A DNA stretch of 63,837 bases, filler included, from Octopus bimaculoides (Eukaryota), in the NCBI RefSeq assembly GCF_001194135.2. It is 5 parts of 4 records of this genome, joined end to end, with 100 filler letters (N's around TTAATTAATTAA, not from the genome) between each part and the next. Parts side by side here need not be neighbours in the genome. Positions count along the whole stretch, not along the records: positions 25,695 to 49,771 come from NW_026439247.1; 4 more parts are not named here. The stretch is one strand, 5' to 3'. The translations under genes were made by a program, and so were the position numbers. How positions within the stretch are numbered: position 1 is the first letter of the stretch; every line of letters starts with the position of its first letter. Of the stretch, positions 26,927-38,444 are shown piece after piece. Below the pieces are notes generated by a model, which was not told where the DNA came from, did not search any database, and was given only the letters and a program-made list of their open reading frames with translations.

Positions 26927-27611
26927 CTCTAGATAATCCCCTATACATATTCACTATATGTATTGTGAAAGGCATTCTAACCATGACCTTCCTATTTGCC
27001 CGACTGGGTGTATACGAACTAATGCCTGTGATATTTATCTCTTACTTCTTTTTTGATACCACCAATAACGGAAGAGTACATTTTTATATTTATTAGTGTG
27101 TGTGTGTTTGTGTTTATGTGTATGTATAAGCCAATCCATGATGTGCACAACACTTTACTAGTTATAATAGGGCTCCATATTTATGCAATGTTAAACTTCT
27201 GTACAGCAATATCTGCTGGAAGCGTAGCAAGAATAAATATGGAATTCATCGCTTCAGATCTCACTGTACACAGCTCAGATAGTGAATTCATATCAGTTGG
27301 CAGATGTAAGCACTGATCAGAAAACAGATTTGTTTGCTGAAATTATAAACAAAGTCACTGGCTTCTTTACTCATAGAGGTTTGGGTAGTTTTAGCTGACA
27401 GGACACATCTCAAAACATCAGAGTTCCAGAATCTCTTGTGTGCATAAGCCAAGTGTTCCATGAACACACTGTCATTGTAAATGGGAGAAATTCTTTCTCC
27501 TGATGTACACAACAGCAATTAACATAATTTGTGTTCATATCTGCAGTGAGGTATTTAGAACGAATATACAAATCTTAATTTCAGTGCAGAAAGAAAATGT
27601 GTGTGTGTGTA

Positions 27612-27932
27612 CAGTAAAACCTAACTTTATGAACACCTTTCATCATGAACAAATTGGTTTACGAACAATTTTTCAAACATGAAATGACCTCCGATGACAA
27701 ATGGTGCCTCGAGTGATGAACGCACAAGACGGCAGCAATGGTTGGTGCCAAGCTGGAACTATTAGTGGGAGAGTATCAGTTTCTCTCTAGCTTTCACTCA
27801 ATGCACATCTCTGTTCAAATTCCTGTGCCTTCTCTTGAATTTCTTCTGAGAAAAAATAGTTTTGTTTTATGAACACTTCGGATCACGAACTGTTTTTAGG
27901 AGAAATTAAATTCATAAATCGAGGTTCCATTG
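27612..27932. mobile_element. pogo/Tigger-like MITE
   Basis: CAGTAAAACCT..TTTATGAA / TTCATAAATCGAGGTTCCATTG termini flanked by TA. Confidence 0.7.
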
Positions 27933-28087
27933 TATTCATGATTAAAACTGTCAAAGAAAAAATATGCCGTATTGTTCATTTTGAGCTCTCAAACAGTATT
28001 AATCTCCCCCAACAGTGGGTCATTTGAATCACTTTTGGAAATATTATGTTAGAAGTTATTACTTAGGAAAGTTGAGTTTGTTATCAG

Positions 28088-28782
28088 ATTGTAGCAAGTC
28101 ATAAAAGGCGGCAATATGATGTAATGGTCGTTTGCCCGAACAAGCATAATTGTTGGTAATCCCATTGGTTAAAATTCCTACCCATTGGTTAAAATTACTG
28201 TCAAAGAGAATTCTTTCACAAAATACGGTTCTTAGAATAAACAAATTCATGTTCTTTTAACTGCTATAAAAAAATACACAGTTTCATAATTGCAGAAAGA
28301 AATTTCATTAGCAAGTTGAAAAACGTGAAGAAAGAGAAAATAATTACTACATTATTTTATTTATGTACATTTAGCATTTATAGTCCAATTGGAAAGTAAA
28401 GTCATTTTGTCATAGAGAATTACGACTTAAAATTCACACTAACTAATCCTTCATACTAACTACTAGAGTTCACAACAATTCAAATAAGTCTTGTTGGATT
28501 TTTATCATAGACATGGCATAAAAAATCGCCAATATCTCAATGAATGAGTGTCATAGAGTTTAGTAACATCCTACGATCACTGAGTAATTTCCCCCAAAAT
28601 CAGGGGTTTTATAACTGCTCATATCCGAATTCTAAGAATTGTATTCCGTGAAAGATTTCTTTGATGAAAGTTTAGAATTTGTATATGGGCAGCAATTTTA
28701 ACCAATGGGATTACCAACAATTATGCTTGTTTGGGCAAATGACCATTACATCATATTTCTGCCTTTTATGACTTGCTACAAT
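28088..28782. mobile_element. foldback element with approximately 150-bp inverted arms
   Basis: 28088-28176 pairs with 28694-28782 at about 90% identity; weaker pairing extends to about 28240/28627. Confidence 0.75.
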
Positions 28783-29096
28783 ATCTTTAAAACTCAGTTG
28801 TATTAACTTTCTATAGAGTGGTTGAGTAGATAAATGAAAGAGAAAACAATAGAGATATTGCTGGATCATGTCTTTACATACATTGTTATGTTGGTGGTTA
28901 TAAAATATTTAAATCTTCAATGACCCAGTCTGCATAGTTGTGTGTCATACAATATAAGAAATTTACCTCTCTCAAATGCTGCTATAGCACTATAAAATTA
29001 AAGAAATTTTTATTAACTTGTTGTGCTGTGATAGGTTCAATTTCTCATATGGCCCTGAGAAAGACTTATCAATATTAATCCATAGATTTTAGGCAA

Positions 29097-29270
29097 CGAT
29101 CTGGCAGAATTGTTAGTACACTGTGTAAAATGCTGAGTGGTATTTCGTTCATTTTCATGTTCTGAGTTCAAATTCCATTGAGATAAACTTTGCCTTTCAT
29201 TCTTTCAGAATCAGAGCACTGGAGTTGATTTACTCGACACTTAACCCTTACCCCAAAATTACTGGCCAAT
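29097..29270 (+). mobile_element. SINE family B, CpG-decayed
   Basis: CTGGCAGAATTGTTAG..CTGAGTTCAAATTCCATTG..CTTTGCCTTTCAT. Confidence 0.65.
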
Positions 29271-29682
29271 ATTAATCTATAGCTCAGTGACCTGTTTTTG
29301 TCTAGGTACATTTTGTCATTGGAAAAATAATTTCGATTAAATTAGTGACTGTTTGTGATGGCTGGTTCTATCACAGATCATTGGTTGCCAATGATATGTA
29401 CAAACATCAACCACCAAGAGTATGTCTTACTCAACTATAAAGTGTTATGTAACGCTCCCACTGTTTCATTTTAATGTTAAAGAACAGGAGACCTTAAGGA
29501 TGTACAACAAGGTGTATACAACTGATGAAGTGAACACATTTAGCAAATTTTGTGCTCTATAAAGTTAGAGTTATTAATTAACTTCCAGTGATTCATTAAT
29601 GTGATGTTAAATTCACATCTAATATTTCATCTGAAAGCGATTGTAAATTTCCTTAAATTTCGTGTTAAATTTTCCATTGTAG

Positions 29683-29914
29683 GAAATATCGAGGAGAAAT
29701 CTAAAGAACTCGTGAATATTTCACAGAAATCAGTGTATTTCAAAGAAGAAGATATTAACTTCGCTGTAGACATTCAGGAGAAAATGGTGCCATTGATATC
29801 GAATGTGTCTACGAATATAGTATTAAATTATATACTTCTTGGTATAAACAATATGATAAATGTACCAGAGACGGTTTTGGTTCAAGCAGAACACGCTAAC
29901 AAAACTGTGAACAG
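29683..29914 (+). CDS. adhesion GPCR exon (GAIN subdomain A)
   Basis: Acceptor TTCCATTGTAG, donor GTAAAA. Encodes GNIEEKSKELVNISQK...INNMINVPETVLVQAEHANKTVNR. Phase 1 in and phase 2 out match both neighbours. Confidence 0.85.
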
Positions 29915-29939
29915 GTAAAATTCAAATCACATTTGATGT

Positions 29940-29984
<45 letters not shown>

Positions 29985-30002
29985 GAGTAGTAGCAGTAGT
30001 AG

Positions 30003-30325
30003 TGAATGCTTAGTGGCTAGTGCATTTGGCGCATGACCGTAAGGTTGTGAGTACAATTCTTGGTGGTGTGTTGTTTCCTTGTGCATAACACTTTATTTCA
30101 CGTTACTCCAATACACTTAACAGGTAAAAAGGAGTTGTGCCTCTTGCTCAATGGGCCACTCTTGTCACATTCTGTGTCATGCTGAATATCCCTGAGAACT
30201 ACATTAAGGGTACTCATGTCTGTGAAGTGTTCAACCACTTGCACGTTAAATTGACAAGCAAGCTATTCTGTTGGTCAAATCAACTGAAACACTCGCCGAC
30301 ATATCCAATGGAGAGCCAAGCAAGT
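30003..30325 (+). mobile_element. SINE family C, CpG-decayed
   Basis: GTCATGCTGAATATCCCTGAGAACTACATTAAGGG versus CG-containing copies at 9091 and 23693. Confidence 0.7.
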
Positions 30326-30545
30326 CACTAGAAGAAGAAGAAGAAGAAGAAGAAATAGCAGCTGCAGTATAGATAAAAGTAGTTCCAGTTGTGCAAACAT
30401 GCAATAACAGCAGTAGTAGCAGCAACATTAAAAACATTAACATACAAAGATTTGTTAATCAAAATAATTAATGTAATTACACCTATAGCTAATTATGTAT
30501 TTCAAACACTGTTGATTGAAAGTTGTTGTCTTGATTTTATTTTAG

Positions 30546-30717
30546 AATGCTGGACATTATAGAAGCAATCACAGAAAAGATTTCACTGGAAGAGCCGCAA
30601 GTGAGAACTTTATATTCTAATCTTGGTATTGGTGTTACCAAAGTGGAGAACGGCACTTTTGATGGTGTATTCTATGGTATCTTAGATGGAAATAATGAAA
30701 CAGAAGCAAAGAATATG
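30546..30717 (+). CDS. adhesion GPCR exon (GAIN A/B junction)
   Basis: Acceptor TTTTATTTTAG. Encodes MLDIIEAITEKISLEEPQVRTLYSNLGIGVTKVENGTFDG...EAKNM. The donor GTACAA (phase 0) is weak, so the 3' end is less certain. Confidence 0.75.
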
Positions 30718-30984
30718 GTACAATCAATACTCTCTCATGATTACTCTCTTATTAACCATTTGTTCTAAACACCCAAGTTGATAAAATACATTAAACATAA
30801 TATCTTTATTGTCAAATAAAATAGTTATTGTACATTACTTGATGTAGGTTACAATTTAGATATAAAATACAATACATTTACACACATACACGCACACACA
30901 CACATACATACATATATATATATCATACAGATTACATAGGTTAGTAATAAAGCTAACAATAATAATGGTTTCAAATTTTGGCAC

Positions 30985-31165
30985 AAAGCCAAAAGCTTTT
31001 CAGGGTAGGGGATAGTCAATTACATTAACCCCAGTGTGTAACTGGTACTTATATAATCGAGCGTGAAAGGATGGAAGGCAAAGGTGCCCTCTGCAGAATG
31101 TGAGCTCAGAGTAAAGACAGACAGAACACCACTAAGCATTTTTTTTTCCAGCATGCTAACAGTTC
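30985..31165 (-). mobile_element. SINE family B, CpG-decayed
   Basis: CCCCAGTGTGTAACTGGTACTTA..GAAAGGATGGAAGGCAAAG..CTAAGCATT..CATGCTAACAGTTCTGCC. Confidence 0.7.
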
Positions 31166-31344
31166 TGCCTTAGCTAACATAGTAGTATCTTAGACATGTA
31201 CAATCGACCTCATTATTTTCCTGATCGACTGCTTCAGCAGAAAAATATAACAAAGAAGTTGGTGTGCATTTCATCTATATACATCATCATCAACAACAAT
31301 TTCATCATCATCATCATCGTCATCATCATCATTATCATCATCAT

Positions 31345-31520
31345 CGTCTAATGTCCACATTTCTTGCTGGCATGGATTTTACAGTTTGACATGATCTGAT
31401 GGGTTTAAGGACTGCATCATGTTCAGGTGTCTGCTTTAGCATGGTTTCTCAGTCAGATGGTCCTCCAACCACTCTACAGTATCACTGGATGTTTTTTCTT
31501 GTCCCACGACACTAATGAAC
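31345..31520 (-). mobile_element. RTE 3'-UTR fragment with (GAT)n tail, decayed
   Basis: (CAT)n then GTCTAATGTCCAC..TGCTGGCATGGAT, homologous to 49872-50115. A similar copy lies at 32160-32345. Confidence 0.6.
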
Positions 31521-31549
31521 CTTCTATGCAGCTTGCAGGCCTAGGAAAA

Positions 31550-33130
31550 TCCAATGGGTAAGGGCTTTTGGTAGCAGATAAGGGTTAAGTAATGACAGAA
31601 GAAGGCAAGGCAAAGCAGGTTCACATTTAGAGAAGAGGTGGGAATGGCAAATAAAGCAGAAGTAGTTGTGAAGAGATAAATAGTGGTGATGAGGTATCCA
31701 GGTGGTACCTCAAGGTATGAAGTGAGTTGGGACAGAAACACTAAGAGTGTGAGCAGTTGGGGTGGGGGTTGCAAAAGTGTAGGGGGAAGGAGTTAGGGGA
31801 AATGGTAGGAAGAGAGGTGGGCAATGTCTGTAAGGCTCGGGTAGGGTGAAAGGTGGGTGTAGAGTTGGGTATTATCAATGATGTGTGAATGAGGGGAGGT
31901 AGAGAGATGCAAAAAGAGAATAGAGAGAGAGAAACAGATAGAAAGATGAAGTCTGTTCCCATTAGCACTTTATTTCGTAAAAATTTCCAGTTTCCATCTG
32001 TAGCACAGGTATCTAAATCTATCTTACAATTGTATCAGTTAATATTTCTCTAAATCTATTCCCAGTTACAGGATTTTTTTGTCTCCATATCTCCTTCTCA
32101 GTGTCATACATATATACAGCTATATACAATATGTATGAATGTATATACATATATCATTTTCATCACTTAACATCTGTATTTCATGCTAGCATGGGTTGGA
32201 TGGTTTGATAGGATCTGACGAGTAAAAGGAGTGTATCGAGATCCAATGTTTGCTTTGGCATGGTTTCTGTAGTTGGATGCCTTTCCTTGTACCAACCTCT
32301 TGAAAACATGGACTGGGTGTGTTTTTGTGGTACCAGCACTAGTAAGATTTCTTAAAAGAGTGGGTATGCAGGGTTGTAGTAGGTGGTTTTGTGATACGTG
32401 TTGATTGACTAAAGTGTAATAGAGGGACAGGAAAAGGCAGGTAACTAGCTGCAGAGGAGATATATGAATGCCTTAGCTGGAAGAGGAGAAACGACAGTGG
32501 AGATAAACTGTCAGGGCATACCTTCAATTTACAACGTAGAGGGGGCAAAGTGAGTGAGAGAGAGAGAGAGAGAGAGAATAAGGACAAAAAATTGAAAGAG
32601 ACAGGAATGCCTAAATGAGTAGGTTCATGGATAGTGAGGAGGATGTGGTTGATGGCAATACATAAAAAGGGAGGTTGGAGGGTAATACTGTTATAAATGA
32701 GAAATAAGATGATGTGAAGAACAGGAGAGAGAAGGTATACAGTGACAGAGGTGGAGGTCAGAGGCACGGAGCGTGGATATACTGATAGTAAAAAAAGTGG
32801 GGTGAGTTTGATGACAGATATGAAAGGATATTCAGAGTAAGGATATGAAAGGATATTCACTGAAAATATATCAGTAAGGGATGATAATGGAATTGCAAGA
32901 TGGGTGGTAATGGAAGTAATTCCAAGGAGAGGGATAACTGATAACATAAAATGAATGGTGGTGGTGGAATATGTGCATTTCTGCTCTCGTATAATTACAA
33001 CAATTGAAGAAATAGTGCCGTAGTCAGTGGGCAATTGTGGTGTGAATGTTATGAAGATGAGTTGTTAGTAAAGCTTGACAGGTACAGAATGGGTGGAGAG
33101 GAATAGATATTAAATATTTGCTTTTAGGTC
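31550..33130 (-). mobile_element. heavily decayed L2/CR1-like LINE
   Basis: Minus-strand peptides QIFNIYSSPP (endonuclease-like) and HIIDNTQLYTHLSP (YADDTQLY-like); many stops. Resemblance only. Confidence 0.3.
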
Positions 33131-33615
33131 TTCAGTATTTCTTTGGCGGTAACAAAATAACCGATTGTTAATTCTAACAGCTTAACAATATTTGCTATGG
33201 AAGACAACTATGCTGAATATGAGCTTGCATTAACGACTCTGTCAATGAGATATGGGATGAATTGCATTGTTAAATTTTTCGGCACCTCCTTCATCTGTTT
33301 TAATCCCTTCCTATATTTTGCTTTATGATACCCACCTGTATGGTTTTTGGCAAAATTGAAAGAAAATCACTCAGCTAATTGGTTTTAAGTGTTCAAAGAA
33401 TTTGATTTTGACATTGGCTGTCATGGAAAAATTGCACACTTTCATGAAGACAAACCAGTAGTTGTTGACATGTGGAAGTGGTAACGACTTGACTAGGTTG
33501 ACTGAAATCAATGAAACAATTTTTAAGTAATAAATGCTATTTGCCAGTTCCATTCTTTGGTTTGTGTGTATGTGTATGAATATATATATGCTTATGTTTA
33601 TGTATACATGCATAC

Positions 33616-33655
<40 letters not shown>

Positions 33656-33763
33656 NNNNNNNNNNCTTTACAGGTTGTTATACCGAGTTAACGTGATACA
33701 TTTTGAGAATATATGGATAATAACAACAAATGGAACAAAACGCATGTCGATGAAAGTTCCTTT

Positions 33764-33853
33764 AATTCCTACATATGTTTCGAAACAAGTGAGGGTCATT
33801 TCGCAAAGAAGAAAGGGCTGCTGGAGACCTCATTTATTTCTCATCAGGGAGTT
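33764..33853 (-). ncRNA. type-I hammerhead ribozyme motif with intact core
   Basis: AACTCC-CTGATGA-GAAATAAATGAGG..CCTCACTTGTTTC-GAA-ACATATGT-A-GGAATT: stem I 5/6, 13-bp stem II, palindromic stem III, GUA site. Confidence 0.8.
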
Positions 33854-34396
33854 CATAATAAAACATGTAATAGCAAGACAAAAACGAAATGATGGGGTAA
33901 CTTACGAGCTGAGATGTTACATGGTCAGTGACCGTTAGAAGGTTTGTTTACATAGAGTTACGACGGGGTCAACGATATTATTCCATGGGCTTTAGGAATA
34001 AGAACGCTAGTTTACATAGAAATATAAAGGGAGGGTGTTTTTGATGTGATGCTAAAGGTTGAGGTCAAAGAGTTATTTGGGTATGGGGAGATAATTATAG
34101 TGAATATTTACATATGTGTTTGCTAGCGCACAGACACATATGTACAAACACGTGCGTGTACGCACATACACACATACATATGCGCACACCCATGTACACA
34201 TACCCGCACACCCACATACACCCATACACATACACACATCCATACAGAAACCTTCACATGTACATATGTACATACATGCTCACCTATACATACGTGCCTG
34301 TATATATACCTACATTCCTGTATATATACAAACATGCAAATACCCACACCCGCACACACATACATACGTATACATGCACATACACACACACCTACA

Positions 34397-34479
34397 TGAT
34401 GAGAAATAAATGAGGACTCCAACAGCTCTTTCTTCTTTGTGAAATGGCCCTCACTTGTTTCGAAACATATGTAGGAATT
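34397..34479 (+). ncRNA. 5'-truncated inverted copy of the same hammerhead
   Basis: TGATGA-GAAATAAATGAGG..CCTCACTTGTTTC-GAA-ACATATGT-A-GGAATT; C3 and the 5' strand of stem I are replaced by (CA)-rich sequence. Confidence 0.65.
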
Positions 34480-35663
34480 AAAGGAACTTTCATCGACATG
34501 CGTTTTGCTCCATTTGTTGTTATTATACATATATATATGAACAGCAGGTTGCAATAGTTCAACAAAAGGAAGAAGAAGAATAATTGTCATTAAATGTGAT
34601 CAAGGTGTTAAGAAACATCTATATTGCTAAAAATAGGAGTTAAATGCTCTAATACTGTAGCTAACATATATATCAAGGACTCTCCTCTCGTTAGACGACG
34701 TATGAGGGTTTGGCAATTTCTTGCCAAACAACCACACAGATGATTTGTTTATAATGATCAAATGTTTGTATAGACATAAGCTCACTCCCTCCATCAAGTA
34801 CAGATGATGAAATGAATGCCACATGTCAGATGATGAAATGAAGTGCTTTGCTCTAGAACACAACACAACATCTGGTCTGGGAATCGATCCCATGGTGTTG
34901 CAATCGTCCGTCTGTTTTTTTTAAAGCAATAGGATATGATTTGATGGAACTTCAGTTGCTGGTTAATTTATTGTATAGATGTTTCTTTGCTTGTTGGTTA
35001 GCCCAAAATTAGATCTCATTGAACAGACCTATGGTAAAATGCTTTCCGTTCTTAACTGTCCGTTCCTTTTGTATGCGAAGAACTACAGTGTCCAGTTTGT
35101 CCATCCAAGTTTATAATTGTAAGATATGCTTTTTGCAACCTTTGAAATTTGTAGAAATCGTTAACTGTAAGAATTTATATGATAATGTTTGAAATTATTA
35201 TATTACAAATTATTTACAATGATGTATATGTAATTGAAATGATAACAAAACGATTGTTTTCTTTCATTTTACACTCTTTCTCACTCATTTGTTCCCTTTA
35301 TTTATGTATCTATCTAGGTCTGTGCGATCTTTCGACATTGGTTCTTCTCTTTCTCTTCATCTTCCTTCACATTCTAGTTTCAAACTGGAATAAGACAAAC
35401 AAATTGACACAAGAGACAAAATTATGCATTGAAATGAATTTGGTAGGAAAAATATTTAGAAGAAAGCAATGAATAAGTACGATAACAATGGTGATTCATA
35501 CATACAGACATACATATTGCTGTTGTCAGCCAATAAAGTGAAGGGGACATTTGTGTCAATGTACAATTATGTGTATCTATGGGAGTATACATATGTATCT
35601 GGCTGTATGATGTATGTCTGTGTCTAGTTACAAAATGATTCAGAAATAAATAGTAGCAAATGA

Positions 35664-36786
35664 GGATCTAGTCAGTTTGGCTGCCAGCATCAATTCTATT
35701 TGAAATCATTCCATATTCAGTTTAATGATACACTCTTATTTGGCTAATGAATGACGGAAAAATCATTTTCGCTAAGAGTTATTAGCAATTAAAGTTTGAC
35801 AATTTTGGTAATTATGGCCAATCGTAAAGCCACAGACACATTCATGCTTGTTTCCATAGTAACAAGTGGAACATGAGAACACTTTTGTCTGCGAGAAAAT
35901 ACGTGTCTGTTTTCATAATAACAAGCAGAACTGAGAACTCTTTTATCTGCGAGAAAGCACATCTTGACTAATATATTGAAACCATTTTTTGATGGAGACA
36001 CTAAAAACAGAGGAGAATACTGTGTCGTACCTTCAAGTAAAGAAAACCCAAAAGAAAACTATGTAAAAGGAAGAGGCATGTTATGTATACAAAAAGACAT
36101 GGTGGGAACATGTACTGGCAATGCTCACACCAGACAGATTTTTCTGTATGCAGTGCCATGCTGGAAGAATGCATACATCACTCGATTCTTCCAGAAACCA
36201 CAATTTTCAGTGACGGTTACAATTTTGAGCATCGAATGATGAATCACAGCATTGGGTTTGTTAACCCGAAAGATGGTATCCACACTCAACAAGTGGAGAG
36301 TACGTGACCCTCTGTGAACTAAGGTAATGATGCTGTAGCACTCACTGTTCTATGGTAAATTCATATCTCTGTGAATTTATGTGGCGCAGGTGATTTGAAA
36401 ATTGTGATTTGCTTGAGAAATTGATTGAATGCATTTCTACCTTATGTTTTTAATTTTAAAAATATTTTGTAATGGGTTGCTTATTGCATGCTTAACTGTT
36501 TGTTTTTTAAGCATATTTTGTTCACTCTTTTATTTTCATATATAACATAGAAACATGTTTGATAACATTGTCATTTTATAAGATTTTGCTGGCAAATTTT
36601 TAAATTAACATAAATATTTATTTACATGAAAGAAAATTACCAGAAAACGTTCATCTAATTCTTCCAAATCTTTCTGTTAAAACTATATCGAAACCATTCG
36701 TGGGGAAAATTTGTAGTGTGACAAGTTTAAAAATTTTCAATAAACTTTAATGTTTTGAAATGCTGGCAGTCAAATTAACTAGATCC
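35664..36786 (+). mobile_element. Merlin (IS1016/IS1595-like) DNA transposon, decayed
   Basis: 27-bp TIRs starting GG (24/27 identical); 8-bp TSD GCAAATGA/ACAAATGA; transposase motifs ILPETTIFSDG..NHSIGFVNPKDGIHTQQVES and NSYLCEFMWRR. Confidence 0.85.
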
Positions 36787-37129
36787 ACAAATGATATCAA
36801 TGGTTGACAAGATTGAGAGTAAACATAGTTTTGCACAAAATACTGCTGCATTCATATTGCTAGGTAGAAGAGAAGAAGAAAGTGATTGAGATAGAAAGCA
36901 GAAAACTATTGAATAGACCAATAATTAGTTGCCCAATGTAGAAACCCCTATTGTTGCTTGTGTTTGAACTGGTGGCAGTGGGTGATAGTAGAAGTTTTAG
37001 CTCTTGTGCTAATTGTAATGTTTTAGTAATATAACAGTTGTGGAAGCAGAAATAACAACAGTAACAGCAGCAGTATAGTAGTATTTACTCTTTGACTATT
37101 TTAATTTTACTTTCATTTTCCTTCTCCAG

Positions 37130-37276
37130 ATATATAACTCCATGCAGCCTCAGCAAGTAGATACAACGGTGAACTTTATTTCATTACCAAAGAGCTTATT
37201 GAAACATTTGAAAGCTGATGAACAATCCTCCATTTCAAGGATTTCCTTTTCCTCCATGCATGATAAGCTATATAGG
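37130..37276 (+). CDS. adhesion GPCR exon (GAIN subdomain B)
   Basis: Strong acceptor TTTTCCTTCTCCAG, donor GTATGA, phase 0/0. Encodes IYNSMQPQQVDTTVNFISLPKSLLKHLKADEQSSISRISFSSMHDKLYR (ISLPxSLL and RxxF motifs). Confidence 0.85.
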
Positions 37277-38444
37277 GTATGAAACACAAATGGAAATTTT
37301 TCTTCTCAATAACTAGAAAATACTTTTTCATAATGGTTTTGTATCTATGTGAGCAGGTATGAAATTGTTCTCTACTAAATCTGTGCATTAGAGTCATAAG
37401 GGTAAAAAGTAATGATTGCGTCAAAAGTTTAAGGTGTTAGCTGTATAAATTCAACATGCCAAGCAGCAGAATGAGTTTGAGTGTGAATAGTTGTTGGTGA
37501 ATGTAGTTTGTTAAAGTTTATTCTGTCTTGATTTGTATTTTTGTATGAATATATTATCTTTGTTCATCTGTACTTGGTCAGTGGTATTGACCGAAAAAGG
37601 TAAAGTGGAAAGACTTGGAATTCGGGGGACTTATTTTTTGAATACGTCTATGTGTCCACTCAGTGGGATCTGCCAAATAGTAGGGTCTATTTGTTGTTGA
37701 TGAATAATTAGTCTATTTGCGAGTTTTGTTTGACTTATGTACTCATGATAAATTTTACATTTAATAGCATATATTAAATTTTTTCGCAAACAGGTAAAAT
37801 AATATTTTTGGTAAAAATCTAACCAGATTTAAATTTATAGTTTTATCACAAAGTTATTAGACATATTCACTGAGCTGTGTCAGCATCAATTTTTGGCGCA
37901 AAAAATATAGTCACATAATATTAATGCATGGATGAAGCAGGGAACCTACAAAAATTTCTAAGGCTAATCATGTGATCGTCCTCTACCACACTTAACAAAT
38001 TAAATTCAGACAGCCTTCATTGTTTGGGACTGTCACTAGATACATTCACTCAACCATGACAGCTTTGACTTATGGCACTAAAAATATTGTTACATAACAT
38101 TAAAGAACATACAAAGCAGGACTCTTAAAAAAATTTCTAAAGCCAAACCCATGATCATCCTCAGCCAATCAAATTGTATCCAAAACAGATGCTAAGTTGA
38201 GCCATGTTCTCTCTATAAAAAGAAGAGAATTTTTAAACTCCACTCAGAAGCAAGACAGTCACAGCATCATTGATCCATCTCTTTCTATCTAAAATTTTTA
38301 AAATCAAAGAAATCTGTGAAACTGGGTAAGTTTAAAAAATTAAAAAATCTAAACTAATCCCAGTTCATTTCCAACATTTTTCCTTCCTACCTACCAACAT
38401 ACCTACCTACTTACCTACCTACCTACCTACCTACCTTCCTTCCT

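Noticed and set aside
27180-27530. Coding-looking intronic stretch (minus ORF 27288-27518)
   Set aside because: No recognisable motif or splice chain; it may be an old transposase remnant but is unsupported.
29601-29682. N-terminal part of ORF 29601-29918
   Set aside because: Intronic polypyrimidine tract; only 29683-29914 is exon.
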